In this document: positions 1-10,495 of the stretch, one piece after another
Layout: each line of letters starts with the position of its first letter
Numbering within the stretch: the first letter of the stretch is position 1
Assembly: GCA_039793425.1 (NCBI GenBank)
Contig: JBAMLT010000220.1
Span: 17,701 to 81,700 of the forward strand
Direction: 5' to 3'
DNA: 64,000 nucleotides
From: Caldisericota bacterium
Lineage (GTDB): Bacteria > Caldisericota > Caldisericia > B22-G15
Made by a program: the position numbers and the translations under genes
The notes under the pieces: generated by a model
Told to the model about the DNA's origin: nothing
Seen by the model: only the letters and a program-made list of their open reading frames with translations
Database searches by the model: none

Positions 1-60
1 ATTCAAACACTGATAAAATAAATGTAATTTATAAAAGAACTGATGGAAATTATGGATTGA

Positions 61-516
61 TTGAACCAGAATAGTATGAAAAAAATATTTTTATTTACAT
101 TAATTTTCTTAATAATTTTTTTATCAATCTTGATTGTAAGTAGAAAGTATATTCAGGGAAAAGATAGTGGTTTTTATGTTGTTGTTAAGATGTCAGTTGC
201 AAATATATTACCTGAAGTTGCAGATAGTATAAATATTGGAGATTATCTAATTGATAGTGATGGAAATAAAATTTTCGTTATCATAGATAAAGTAGTAAAA
301 GATTCAGAAGTACCAGTTGAAACATCTGATGGAAGAATACTAAAGGTTTCACATCCAATAAATAAAAGTTTATATTTAACAGTAAAAAGCACAAAAACAT
401 CAAAAAAAGTTGTTCTATCATATAATAGAGTAACAGTAAGAATAGGGGGAAAGATAATTTTTGAAACTAATAAGGTAAGATTTGTTGGCACAATTCTTTC
501 CTTAGATAAGGAGTAA
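61..516 (+). CDS. hypothetical membrane-anchored protein (N-terminal TM helix, extracytoplasmic beta-rich domain)
   Basis: ORF with hydrophobic N-terminal segment [17 protein letters not shown]; immediately upstream of secA; no recognisable family from sequence alone. Confidence 0.4.
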   Translation: MNQNSMKKIFLFTLIFLIIFLSILIVSRKYIQGKDSGFYVVVKMSVANILPEVADSINIGDYLIDSDGNKIFVIIDKVVKDSEVPVETSDGRILKVSHPINKSLYLTVKSTKTSKKVVLSYNRVTVRIGGKIIFETNKVRFVGTILSLDKE

Positions 517-517
517 A

Positions 518-3001
518 ATGGCAAGTATCTTTAAAAAAATATTCTCTTCAGAAGAGAAAGATATAAAAAAATTACAGAATTTTGTTTTAAAAATTAATTC
601 TTTAAATGAAGATATTGAAAAACTTTCAAATGATGAGTTAAAAAGTAAAACAGATGAATTTTTGTCAAGAATAGAAAATGGTGAGACTCTTGATGATATA
701 CTTTATGAATCATTTGCTGTTGTAAGAGAAGTTTCAAAAAGAACTATAAAATTAAGACACTTTGATGTTCAACTGATGGGTGGGGTTGTACTTCATGAAG
801 GAAAAATTGCAGAGATGAAAACTGGAGAAGGTAAAACACTTGTTGCAACACTACCGATTTATTTAAATTCACTTACCAAAAAAGGGGTTCACTTAATTAC
901 AGTTAATGATTATCTTGCAAAAAGAGATGCCCTTTGGATGGGACCAATTTATAAATTTTTAAATAGAAGTGTTGGTGTTATACAACATGAAGCATCTTTT
1001 CTTGTCGACTGGGATGACCCTGAAAAATTCACAGTAAAACTTGTCCCATGCTCAAGAAAAGAGGCATATCTTGCAGATATAACATATGGAACAAATAACG
1101 AGTTTGGTTTTGATTATCTGAAAGATAATATGGCTATAAGCCTTGATGGTGTTGTTCAAAGAGAATTAAATTATGCTATAGTTGATGAAGTTGATTCAAT
1201 TTTAATTGATGAAGCAAGAACGCCACTTATCATTTCAGGTCCAAGTGAAAAAAGTACTTCAATTTATTATAAAGCAGCACAAGTTGCAAGACAACTTAAA
1301 ATTGATGAGGATTTCACATCAGATGAAAAAGAAAAAAATGTCGCTTTAACTGAAACTGGAGTTAAAAAAGTTGAGAAACTTATGAATGTTGATAATCTTT
1401 ATTCAAGCGAAAATGTCGACCTTGTAAGCCATATAATACAGGCATTAAGAGCGTTAATTCATTTCAAAAAAGATGTTGATTATATTGTTAAAGATAGAGA
1501 GGTAATAATTGTAGATGAATTTACTGGAAGATTAATGTTTGGAAGAAGATATTCAGATGGACTTCATCAAGCAATAGAAGCAAAAGAAAATTTGGTTGTT
1601 AAGGCTGAAAGTCAAACGCTTGCAACAATAACTTTTCAGAACTTATTTAGAATGTATAAAAAACTTGCTGGAATGACAGGTACTGCAAAAACAGAAGAAG
1701 ATGAATTTATTGAGATATATGGTCTTCCAGTTGTAGTTATTCCAACAAATAAACCAATGATAAGGGTTGATCATCCAGATCTGGTATATAGAACTGAGAA
1801 GATTAAATACAAGAAAATTATTGAAGAGATAAAAAGTTGTTATTCAAGAGGTCAACCTGTTCTTGTTGGTACAAGATCTATTGAAAAAAATGAATTACTT
1901 TCAAGTATGCTGAAAAGAGAAGGAATTCCCCATCAGGTATTGAATGCAAAATATCATGAAAAAGAAGCAGAAATCATTAAACATGCTGGTGAGAAAGGTA
2001 TGGTTACGATTGCAACAAATATGGCTGGAAGAGGAGTTGATATTGTTCTTGGTGAAGGTGTTGTTGAACTTGGTGGGTTACACATAATTGGTACTGAAAG
2101 ACATGAGTCAAGAAGAATTGACAATCAGTTAAGAGGAAGATCAGGAAGACAAGGTGACCCAGGAAGTTCAAGATTTTATTTATCACTTGAAGATGAAATA
2201 TTAAGAATTTTTGGTGGGGATATGATCAAAAAATTGATGGAATTTTTCAGAATGGATGATGATACTCCTCTTGAACATCCACTTCTTTCAAGAACAATTG
2301 AAAATGCTCAAAAGAGAGTTGAAGCATATCATTTTGAAATAAGAAAACATCTTCTTGAATATGACAATGTTTTGAATAAACATAGAGAAATAATTTATAA
2401 AGAAAGAAGAAGAATTCTTGAAAAAGCAAACTTAAGGGATGATGTATTTAAATTTATGGATGAAATGATTGTAGATATTTGTGATATATATTTATCAAAA
2501 TCACTTGAAGAGCCTGACTATGATGGTCTTTCAAAATCATTTCTTGAACTTACAGGAATTTTAATAAACAAAGAGGAGTTAGCAAAAATTAAAGAGAGCG
2601 AAATTAAAAAGGTATTATTCGAGATATCCAAAAAAAGATATGAAGATAAGGAGTCATATTTAAGAGAACTTGCTAAAACAAATGAAGAATTGAGAATGTC
2701 TCTTGGGGAAGAGCCACTTAGAGAAATAGAAAGATACCTTCTTTTAAGAATTCTTGACAATAAATGGAAAGACCATCTTTATAATATGGATCATTTAAAG
2801 GAAGGAATAGGATTAAGAGCATATGGACAACAGGAACCTTTAATTGCTTATCAACTTGAAGGGTATGAACTATTTCAGTCTATGTTAAAATCAATTAGAG
2901 AAGATTGGATAAAGTTTTTATTTAGAGTGGAGATAAAAAGTGAAAGAAAAGAGAATAGAGAGGAAAGAAGGAGAAGAGAGTTTAAAAAGAATAAAAGATG
3001 A
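518..3001 (+). CDS. secA: preprotein translocase ATPase SecA
   Basis: 827 aa; SecA DEAD-motor motifs ([57 protein letters not shown]). Confidence 0.95.
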   Translation: MASIFKKIFSSEEKDIKKLQNFVLKINSLNEDIEKLSNDELKSKTDEFLSRIENGETLDDILYESFAVVREVSKRTIKLRHFDVQLMGGVVLHEGKIAEMKTGEGKTLVATLPIYLNSLTKKGVHLITVNDYLAKRDALWMGPIYKFLNRSVGVIQHEASFLVDWDDPEKFTVKLVPCSRKEAYLADITYGTNNEFGFDYLKDNMAISLDGVVQRELNYAIVDEVDSILIDEARTPLIISGPSEKSTSIYYKAAQVARQLKIDEDFTSDEKEKNVALTETGVKKVEKLMNVDNLYSSENVDLVSHIIQALRALIHFKKDVDYIVKDREVIIVDEFTGRLMFGRRYSDGLHQAIEAKENLVVKAESQTLATITFQNLFRMYKKLAGMTGTAKTEEDEFIEIYGLPVVVIPTNKPMIRVDHPDLVYRTEKIKYKKIIEEIKSCYSRGQPVLVGTRSIEKNELLSSMLKREGIPHQVLNAKYHEKEAEIIKHAGEKGMVTIATNMAGRGVDIVLGEGVVELGGLHIIGTERHESRRIDNQLRGRSGRQGDPGSSRFYLSLEDEILRIFGGDMIKKLMEFFRMDDDTPLEHPLLSRTIENAQKRVEAYHFEIRKHLLEYDNVLNKHREIIYKERRRILEKANLRDDVFKFMDEMIVDICDIYLSKSLEEPDYDGLSKSFLELTGILINKEELAKIKESEIKKVLFEISKKRYEDKESYLRELAKTNEELRMSLGEEPLREIERYLLLRILDNKWKDHLYNMDHLKEGIGLRAYGQQEPLIAYQLEGYELFQSMLKSIREDWIKFLFRVEIKSERKENREERRRREFKKNKR

Positions 3002-4070
3002 ATTTGATAATTTATCATCTGAGGAAGATTTAAATCAAATAAATCAAAGGATTGAAGGGTTAGAAAACAAAATCACAAATATTACCAACTGGAAAAGTGA
3101 AGAATCAAAAAAAATTCTTTTTGAACTTAATAGATTAAAGGAAGAAAAAGAAAGAAAAGAAAAAATTATTTCCTTAATAAACGAGAGTGAAATAATTTTA
3201 GAACTTCTCGAAAAAGAAGAAGATATCTCTTTAGAAGAAGAGTTAGACAAAAATTTAAAAGAACTAAAAGAAAACATAGAAGAATTTAAAAAAATCTATT
3301 TTTTATCTGGTGAATATGACCAGAACAACGCTATTCTCTCTCTATCATCAGGAGCAGGTGGTGTTGATGCAATGGATTGGACAAATATCCTTCTTGATAT
3401 GTATGTAAGATGGGCAGAAAAGAAAAAATTTAAAGTTGAAATAATTGATGTATCTTATGGTGATGAGGCTGGTATAAAAAGTGCAACAATATTTATAAAA
3501 GGTAAATTTGCTTACGGTCTTTTGAAAGGAGAAAATGGAGTTCATAGACTTGTAAGAATTTCACCTTTTGATGCAAACCACAGAAGACATACATCATTCG
3601 CTCTTGTTGAAGTTATTCCTGAAATAGAAGAAGAAAAATTTGAAATTAATGAAGATGAACTCAGAATTGATGTATATAGAGCAAGTGGTCATGGTGGTCA
3701 GTATGTTAATAAAACAGATTCTGCAGTAAGAATTGTTCACCTTCCAACAGGCATAACAGTATCTTGTCAGAATGAAAGGTCTCAACTTAAAAATAAAGAA
3801 ATTGCTATGAAAATATTAACATCAAAACTTATTGAAATAAAAAGATTAGAAAAAGAAAAAAAATTATATGAACTGAAGGGTGGTTTTATTCAACCTTCAT
3901 GGGGTTATGAAGCAAGAAGTTATGTTTTTCATCCTTATACACTCGTAAAAGACCATAGAACAAATTTTGAAGTTGGGAATGTTTTTGATGTAATAGAGGG
4001 AAACATTGATGATTTTATATGGAGTTATTTAAGGTGGATTAAAAATGGAAAAAAAGAAAATATCTTTTAA
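2940..4070 (+). CDS. prfB: peptide chain release factor 2 (GTG start, overlaps secA 3' end by 62 nt; no programmed frameshift)
   Basis: SPF tripeptide ([15 protein letters not shown]) and GGQ motif ([25 protein letters not shown]); FLSGEYD motif at residue about 121, as in E. coli RF2 when counted from the GTG; GGAG RBS 7 nt upstream of the GTG; frame uninterrupted, so no CUU-UGA-C shift site. Confidence 0.85.
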   Translation: MKEKRIERKEGEESLKRIKDEFDNLSSEEDLNQINQRIEGLENKITNITNWKSEESKKILFELNRLKEEKERKEKIISLINESEIILELLEKEEDISLEEELDKNLKELKENIEEFKKIYFLSGEYDQNNAILSLSSGAGGVDAMDWTNILLDMYVRWAEKKKFKVEIIDVSYGDEAGIKSATIFIKGKFAYGLLKGENGVHRLVRISPFDANHRRHTSFALVEVIPEIEEEKFEINEDELRIDVYRASGHGGQYVNKTDSAVRIVHLPTGITVSCQNERSQLKNKEIAMKILTSKLIEIKRLEKEKKLYELKGGFIQPSWGYEARSYVFHPYTLVKDHRTNFEVGNVFDVIEGNIDDFIWSYLRWIKNGKKENIF

Positions 4071-4917
4071 AAAATTATTTAAAAGATTGATTGGTATAAC
4101 AATTGGTTCAATAATACAAGCATTTGGAATTATACTTTTTCTTTCCCCAAATAAAATTGCTCCTGGTGGATTTTCAGGTTTATCAATAATCATTTATCAT
4201 CTAACAAAATTTCCAATTGGTACAATGTATTTTATTCTAAATCTTCCATTATTTATAATTGCATGGAAAAAGTGGGGATTTAAATATATCGCTTTAACAC
4301 TTTTTGGGACTATAACATCTTCAATATTCATTGACTTACTTTCATATTTCTTCAAACCAATGACTGATAATCCTCTTCTTGCTTCAATTTATGGAGGAGT
4401 TTTAGTTGGAATAGGTGTTGGAATTGTCTTTAAATACTGGGGAAGTACTGGTGGAACTGACCTTTTAAGTCAATTAATATATACTTATATTGGAGTTTCT
4501 TTTGGAACCTCAATGTTATTGCTTGATACATCAATTGTCTTAATTGCCGCGATTGTTTTTAAATCTCCTGACTTTGCTTTATATGGACTGCTTGCACTCT
4601 TCATCTCATCAAAAGTTATAGATTATGTTCAGGAAGGTTTTTCAATAGCAAAAACTGTTTTTATAATTTCGGATAAAACATCTGAAATAAAATTAAAAAT
4701 ATTTAAAGAACTTGAAAGAGGAGTAACTGAATTAAAAGTAACAGGTTCATATACAGGAATTGAAAGAGATGCATTGATATGTGTTGTTAGACAAAGAGAA
4801 TTATCTCTTATCAAAGATATTATTCATGATGAAGATCCTCAGGCTTTTATAATTATAGGAGACGCAAGAGAAGTAATTGGTGAAGGATTTATTCCGATAG
4901 AGGAAGCGAAAAGATGA
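4045..4917 (+). CDS. YitT-family membrane protein (DUF161 with C-terminal DUF2179)
   Basis: Multi-TM N-terminal region; C-terminal soluble domain motif KVTGSYTGIERDALICVVRQRELSLIKDII typical of DUF2179. Confidence 0.6.
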   Translation: MEKKKISFKKLFKRLIGITIGSIIQAFGIILFLSPNKIAPGGFSGLSIIIYHLTKFPIGTMYFILNLPLFIIAWKKWGFKYIALTLFGTITSSIFIDLLSYFFKPMTDNPLLASIYGGVLVGIGVGIVFKYWGSTGGTDLLSQLIYTYIGVSFGTSMLLLDTSIVLIAAIVFKSPDFALYGLLALFISSKVIDYVQEGFSIAKTVFIISDKTSEIKLKIFKELERGVTELKVTGSYTGIERDALICVVRQRELSLIKDIIHDEDPQAFIIIGDAREVIGEGFIPIEEAKR

Positions 4918-5636
4918 TAATTGAAGTTGATACTCATACTCATACTATTTCAACTGGACATGCTTTTTCTACAATTCTTGAAAATGTTCAAATGGCAAAA
5001 AAATTAAATTTAAAAGGTTTGTGTATAACTGACCATGGGCCATCAAGACCAGACAGTCCAAGCATTGAATATTTTAAAATGCTTGCAAGTAGATATTTAC
5101 CTGAAAAAATAGATGGTATAAAAATTTTTACTGGTTCTGAAATGAATATCGTCTCAGAAGATGGGGATGTTGATTTACCTGAAAATATTTATAAAAATTT
5201 AGATTTTAATATAATTGCCTTTCATAATCAAACATATTATTCATCAAATTCAAAAGCCAAAAATACAAAGGCAATGATAAATGCTTTGAAAAAAGAATAT
5301 ATAAATGGAATAGCGCATCCTGGTGACCCTTATTTTCCATATCCAATTGAACTTGAAGATATCATTAAAGCAAGTTCTGATTATAAAAAAGCAGTTGAAC
5401 TTAATAACAATGTTTTAAAAAGAGGAGAGATTTGGATAAATTATTATAAAGATATGCTAAATTTATGTTTAAAGTACAAAGTAAAAATTTTTATTTCATC
5501 AGATGCACATTTTTCGTATTATATAGGGGATTTTAATATTGCAATCAATTTGTTAGAGCAATTTGATTTGGGTATAAAAGATTTGATAATTAATAAAAAA
5601 ATTGAGGAGTTTGAAAAATTCGTAAAAAAAATATAA
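4914..5636 (+). CDS. PHP-domain metal-dependent phosphoesterase (YcdX/histidinol-phosphatase-like)
   Basis: N-terminal DTHTHT...GHA and ITDHGP motifs characteristic of the PHP superfamily. Confidence 0.6.
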   Translation: MIIEVDTHTHTISTGHAFSTILENVQMAKKLNLKGLCITDHGPSRPDSPSIEYFKMLASRYLPEKIDGIKIFTGSEMNIVSEDGDVDLPENIYKNLDFNIIAFHNQTYYSSNSKAKNTKAMINALKKEYINGIAHPGDPYFPYPIELEDIIKASSDYKKAVELNNNVLKRGEIWINYYKDMLNLCLKYKVKIFISSDAHFSYYIGDFNIAINLLEQFDLGIKDLIINKKIEEFEKFVKKI

Positions 5637-5989
5637 AAAGATATATAATTTTAATCCTCACGATATTCATATCCTCTCTAATCTTTTATAATGCCATTTA
5701 TTACCTATCTATTCTTGAAGGAGAAATTGATTTACCCTTTCCAATTGTTCACTATTATAAAACAGATTCAACATTTTATGTTATTGATAGAATTTTCTTT
5801 GAAAGAGATTACAGTTTCAATTTAAAAATTGGAGTAATTCAACCAAAAAATGGAAAGATTGAAATCGATTCATATGCTTTTGGAGAAAGAGAAAGAGAAA
5901 ATAGAGAATTTTTATGGGTTAAACCTTTATATGAAAATGGATTTTATAATATTGATGGAATCTTACCAAAAAGAGAAATCTATATAAAA

Positions 5990-7039
5990 TTGAAAATTAA
6001 AACAAACGAGAAAGAGGGTATTAATGTTGGCTATCTATTCTTCAGACACTTTTTTAAGACTTATAATATTAAAATAACCCTTGCCACAACTAAAAACTAT
6101 TTTTTTAATGAATCATCATCTGAAGATATTCCATATTTAACAGGATACAATTTTGAATATGGCATAGCAACAGATGAACTTATAAAAAATGGAGGGATTC
6201 ATCCATATTTACCTATAATAAAAAATTATGCAAAAATTTTACTTAAGGAAACTCCATTTGAAACAGCAAAAAATATTTTAGATTTTGTGATGAATGTTTT
6301 TTCTCTTGGAATAAATGTAACTTATCTTGGAGATTATCCTGATTATTATTATATTGCGAGATTTGAAAAAGAAGGACCAATATCTGGTGTTTGTTCAGAA
6401 AGGTCAATTTTATTTTTATCTCTTGCAAGATCTTGTGGAATACCATCAAGGTTTGTTTATGCTTCTGGCTATCCTGTTGATCATGTTTTTGTTGAATGTT
6501 TCATAGATGGAAAATGGATTAATTTTGATCCAACTTATGGAATTTTCAATAGATATGATTTTTATTATGAAAAAATTGTAAGAAATTTGTCAACCTTTTC
6601 AAATTTTTATGGCGGTGTAAGAGAACATTTCAAAAAATATATTAATAACTTAAATCCAATATATCCTTATGAAACTATTTTAAATGAAAAATATCTAAAG
6701 GATTCTATTGTGATTAGTGGACTTGGAGGAATAAAAATTGGTGATTCATATTTTTTAAGAGTTAGAGTTAGATGGGCTTTATTTGATTATAAAGATAAAA
6801 ATTTAATTTTAGATGTTATTGATTCTTTTGGAAACAAAAAGGTTGCTGAAATTGAAGCAAAAAATTTATTCTATAATTTTGCAGAAGGGACAATCTCTTT
6901 AAAAATGAAAATAGAAAATTTCATAGAAGTTAATGGCAAAAGACAATTTAAGATAAATATTAAATTAACTGAGGAAAACAAATTATTAGATAATTATGAA
7001 ATAGGTGAAGGGCTATTTCTTGAAAATTTCTCTTTTTAA
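5990..7039 (+). CDS. transglutaminase-like cysteine peptidase domain protein (reading frame open from 5615; likely 5'-extended)
   Basis: Cys-His-Asp core (GVCSERSILF...DHVFVECF...NFDPTYG); upstream in-frame extension encodes a hydrophobic signal-anchor-like segment but has no ATG/GTG/TTG. Confidence 0.55.
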   Translation: MKIKTNEKEGINVGYLFFRHFFKTYNIKITLATTKNYFFNESSSEDIPYLTGYNFEYGIATDELIKNGGIHPYLPIIKNYAKILLKETPFETAKNILDFVMNVFSLGINVTYLGDYPDYYYIARFEKEGPISGVCSERSILFLSLARSCGIPSRFVYASGYPVDHVFVECFIDGKWINFDPTYGIFNRYDFYYEKIVRNLSTFSNFYGGVREHFKKYINNLNPIYPYETILNEKYLKDSIVISGLGGIKIGDSYFLRVRVRWALFDYKDKNLILDVIDSFGNKKVAEIEAKNLFYNFAEGTISLKMKIENFIEVNGKRQFKINIKLTEENKLLDNYEIGEGLFLENFSF

Positions 7040-7042
7040 AAA

Positions 7043-7747
7043 TTAACCACCAAGATAAGCCTCTTTAACTCTTGGGTCTTCTTTTAATTCTTTGGCTTCA
7101 CCCTGTAAAGCGATGGTACCAACTTCAAGAACATATGCATAGTTTGCAATTTCGAGTGCCTTTCTTGCATTTTGTTCAACAAGTAGAATTGTTGTTCCTT
7201 GAGAATTAATTTGACATAAAACCTGAAATATTTCATCAACAAGAACTGGGGCAAGACCCATAGATGGCTCATCAAGTAACATTAACTCTCCACCTGTTGT
7301 TAATGCTCTTGCAACCGCAAGCATCTGCTGTTCTCCACCTGACAAAGTTCCAGCAAGTTGTTTTCTTCTTTCTTTAAGTCTTGGGAAAATTTCAAAAACC
7401 CTTTCAAATCTCTCTTTTCTAAGTTTTACATCTTTAATTGTCCATGCAGCAAGTTCAAGATTTTCTGAAACTGTTAGAGTACCAAAAACTCTTCTTCCTT
7501 CGGGTACATGTGAAATACCCATTTCAACTATTCTGTGGGCTTCATAATTTGTTATATCTTGTCCTTTAAAATAGATATGACCACTTTTTGGTTTAATTAA
7601 TCCACTTATAGTTCTTAGAGTAGTAGATTTTCCAGCACCATTTGCTCCAATAAGGGTGACAATTTGACCAGGTTTTACTCTAAAAGATATACTTTTTAAA
7701 GCCTTAATTGCTCCATAATTAACTTCAAGATCAACAATTTCTAACAT
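7043..7747 (-). CDS. livF: branched-chain amino acid ABC transporter ATP-binding protein LivF
   Basis: 234 aa; Walker A GANGAGKSTT, signature LSGGEQQML, LivF-like length and position at operon end. Confidence 0.85.
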   Translation of the reverse strand: MLEIVDLEVNYGAIKALKSISFRVKPGQIVTLIGANGAGKSTTLRTISGLIKPKSGHIYFKGQDITNYEAHRIVEMGISHVPEGRRVFGTLTVSENLELAAWTIKDVKLRKERFERVFEIFPRLKERRKQLAGTLSGGEQQMLAVARALTTGGELMLLDEPSMGLAPVLVDEIFQVLCQINSQGTTILLVEQNARKALEIANYAYVLEVGTIALQGEAKELKEDPRVKEAYLGG

Positions 7748-8517
7748 CTTCCAGCCTCACTTCCTAAATATGCTTCAATAACTTTTTTATCACTTCTAAT
7801 TTCATCTGGGGTTCCTTCTGCAATTGTTTCACCAAAATCCATAACCTTAATTCTTTCACATATCCCCATAACTACTCTCATTTGATGTTCTACAAGAAAA
7901 ATTGTTACTTTAAACATATCTCTAATCGAATGAATTAATTCCATTAATGAACCAACCTCTCTTGGATTCATACCAGCAGCTGGCTCATCAAGAAGAAGTA
8001 ATCTTGGTTTTGTTGCAAGTGCTCTTGCTATTTCAAGTTTTCTTAATTCTCCATAAGGTAAGTGTTTTGCAAGATCGTTCATTCTTGCCTGAAGCCCGAA
8101 AATTTTTAATAATTCATATGCTTCTTCTTTTATTCTTTTTTCCTCTTCAAAAAATTTTTTAGTTCTTAATATTGAATCATTAAGTTTATAATTTGTTCTG
8201 AAATGTCTTGCAACTCTTATATTATCAAGAACAGATAGTTCATTAAATATTCTTAAATTTTGAAATGTTCTTGCAATACCTTTTTCAATAATAAGATGAG
8301 ATTTTAAGCCTGTTATATCATTTCCTTCAAATAAAATTTTTCCTTCAGTTGGTTTATATACTCCAGTTATAAGATTAAAAATTGTTGTTTTTCCAGCACC
8401 ATTGGGGCCAATTAAACCCCACAAAGCACCTTCAGGTAGTTCAATATTAAAATTATAAACTGCTCTTAATCCTCCAAAATAATGTGTTATATTCTGTAAA
8501 GAGAGTATAGTTTGCAT
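7741..8517 (-). CDS. livG: branched-chain amino acid ABC transporter ATP-binding protein LivG
   Basis: 258 aa; Walker A GPNGAGKTT, ABC signature, typical LivG length. Confidence 0.85.
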   Translation of the reverse strand: MQTILSLQNITHYFGGLRAVYNFNIELPEGALWGLIGPNGAGKTTIFNLITGVYKPTEGKILFEGNDITGLKSHLIIEKGIARTFQNLRIFNELSVLDNIRVARHFRTNYKLNDSILRTKKFFEEEKRIKEEAYELLKIFGLQARMNDLAKHLPYGELRKLEIARALATKPRLLLLDEPAAGMNPREVGSLMELIHSIRDMFKVTIFLVEHQMRVVMGICERIKVMDFGETIAEGTPDEIRSDKKVIEAYLGSEAGRC

Positions 8518-9515
8518 TATTTTTCCTCCTCTTCAGGCACAAGAATTTTAAATTCTCTTTTTCCCATAAGACCCTCAGTTCTATATAACATTATCACTAT
8601 TAAGAGAGCAGCATATATTACCATTCTCCATTCAATTCCAACAGGAAAATTTGGTGTTAAATCATCAATCCATTTTAAAAGAAGTCTTAAACCTTCTGAC
8701 ATAAATGTCAAACCAAAAGCAGCAATAATTGAACCAGTTATACTACCCATACCACCTGCATATACCATAACAAGAACAAAAATTGTTCCCATAAATCCAT
8801 ATTGGGTTGGATGAGCAATCTGGAGAAGATGGCATAAAAGACCACCAGCAAGACCAGCAAAAAAAGCACCTATAGTAAAAGCATAAACCTTATAAATTGT
8901 AGTGTTAACTCCAACAAGTTCAGATGCAATTTGATCTTCTCTTATAGATTTAAATGCTCTTCCTTGAGTTGAAAATACAATGTTTCTTATAACAAGAACA
9001 GAAATAACAGTAATTATAAAAATTATTGTAAAGTTTGAAAATTTAGGAATACCGAGAAGACCTCTTGGCCCTCCAACATAATCAATATTATTTATTATTG
9101 TTCTTATTATTTCTCCAAAACCAAGGGTTACAATTGCAAGATAATCACCTCTTAATCTGAGGGTTGGTAAACCAAGAAGAAAACCAATAATTCCAGCAGC
9201 AATACTCCCAATGATCAATGCAACAAAAAATAATAAATAGTTAATTGGATTTGATGGATTAATTTTCCAAATTAAAGTAGTAAATATTCCAGAAATATAT
9301 GCACCAACGGCAGCAAAACCCATATGACCTATTGAAAATTGACCTGTAAATCCATTAATCAAATTTAGACTGACTGTTAAAATAACATAAACAAGAGACA
9401 GGTTTATTATATGAAGAATATAGTCATTTATAATATTATATCTATTCAGTAAAAAAATAATTACATAGAAAATCAAACAATAAAAAAGAAGTTTTAAGTT
9501 TCTACTTATCTTCAT
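8517..9515 (-). CDS. livM: branched-chain amino acid ABC transporter permease LivM
   Basis: 332 aa polytopic permease adjacent to livH/livG in canonical order. Confidence 0.8.
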   Translation of the reverse strand: MKISRNLKLLFYCLIFYVIIFLLNRYNIINDYILHIINLSLVYVILTVSLNLINGFTGQFSIGHMGFAAVGAYISGIFTTLIWKINPSNPINYLLFFVALIIGSIAAGIIGFLLGLPTLRLRGDYLAIVTLGFGEIIRTIINNIDYVGGPRGLLGIPKFSNFTIIFIITVISVLVIRNIVFSTQGRAFKSIREDQIASELVGVNTTIYKVYAFTIGAFFAGLAGGLLCHLLQIAHPTQYGFMGTIFVLVMVYAGGMGSITGSIIAAFGLTFMSEGLRLLLKWIDDLTPNFPVGIEWRMVIYAALLIVIMLYRTEGLMGKREFKILVPEEEEK

Positions 9516-9524
9516 TTAGTCACC

Positions 9525-10433
9525 TCATACTTTTTCTGCAATTGTTTCACCAAGTAATCCTTGAGGTCTAAAAAGTAGAACTAAAATTAGGATTGCAAAA
9601 GCAATTCCTTCTCCAAGAAGAGATCTGTAGGATGTTGCAAATGTTTCCGATATTCCCATTATGTAACTTCCAAGCATAGCACCTGGAATATTTCCAATTC
9701 CTCCAAGAACTGCAGCAATAAATGCTTTTAAACCTGGTAATATTCCCATATAAGGAAAAATTCTTGGATATGAAACTCCAGTAAGTAAACCTGCTGCACC
9801 AGCAAAAGCACCACCAACGATAAAAGTTATTGTTATTATTTTCTCAATGTCAATTCCCATTAATTTTGCTGCGTCTTTATCCTGAGAAACTGCTCTCATC
9901 GCCATACCAACTCTTGTATATTTTACAAGATATGTCAAAAAAATCATAAGACCAGCACTAACTAAAACATCAATTATTGCATAGTTAGAAATTGTTGTAG
10001 TTCCAATTGTAAAAATTTTTGATTCAATAAATTGTTCATTGGGAAATGATCTATATGAAGGACCAATAACAGGTAATGCAGAAAAAATATATTCAATAAA
10101 CATTGAAACACCAATTGCAGTTATTAAGGCAGATAATCTTGGCTTATATCTTAATGGTTTATATGCAATTCTATTTGCAAGTACTGCTGCACCTGCACCT
10201 GCCCCCATACTTATCAAAAAAATTATAACAACAGGTATATGATAACCTCTCAATGTTGCGAAAAGTATAATAAAATAACTTGCATATGCCCCAATCATGA
10301 AAAAATCCCCATGTGCAAAATTAATTAATCTTACGATTCCATAAACCATTGTATAACCAAGTGCTATAAGCGCATAAATACTTCCAAGTTGTATTCCATT
10401 TATAAGTTGTTGTAAATTAAAGATTTTTTCCAT
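9525..10433 (-). CDS. livH: branched-chain amino acid ABC transporter permease LivH
   Basis: 302 aa polytopic permease; AAGGAG RBS immediately upstream. Confidence 0.8.
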   Translation of the reverse strand: MEKIFNLQQLINGIQLGSIYALIALGYTMVYGIVRLINFAHGDFFMIGAYASYFIILFATLRGYHIPVVIIFLISMGAGAGAAVLANRIAYKPLRYKPRLSALITAIGVSMFIEYIFSALPVIGPSYRSFPNEQFIESKIFTIGTTTISNYAIIDVLVSAGLMIFLTYLVKYTRVGMAMRAVSQDKDAAKLMGIDIEKIITITFIVGGAFAGAAGLLTGVSYPRIFPYMGILPGLKAFIAAVLGGIGNIPGAMLGSYIMGISETFATSYRSLLGEGIAFAILILVLLFRPQGLLGETIAEKV

Positions 10434-10442
10434 AATACTCCT

Positions 10443-10470
10443 TTATAAAAAGGGGAGGCATTGCCTCCCC
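10443..10470 (-). terminator. intrinsic terminator between livJ and livH (intra-operon attenuating terminator)
   Basis: On minus strand: GGGGAGGCAATGCCTCCCC perfect 9-bp stem hairpin followed by UUUUUAUAA; lies 25 nt after the livJ stop and directly before the livH RBS. Confidence 0.7.
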
Positions 10471-10495
10471 TAAATAATTTAAACTTATTAGTTTT

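Noticed and set aside
2940-3100. Programmed +1 frameshift site in prfB
   Set aside because: Searched for CUU-UGA-C or a short upstream ORF ending in UGA; the RF2 frame is continuous from the GTG at 2940 and aligns co-linearly with E. coli RF2, so no shift is needed.
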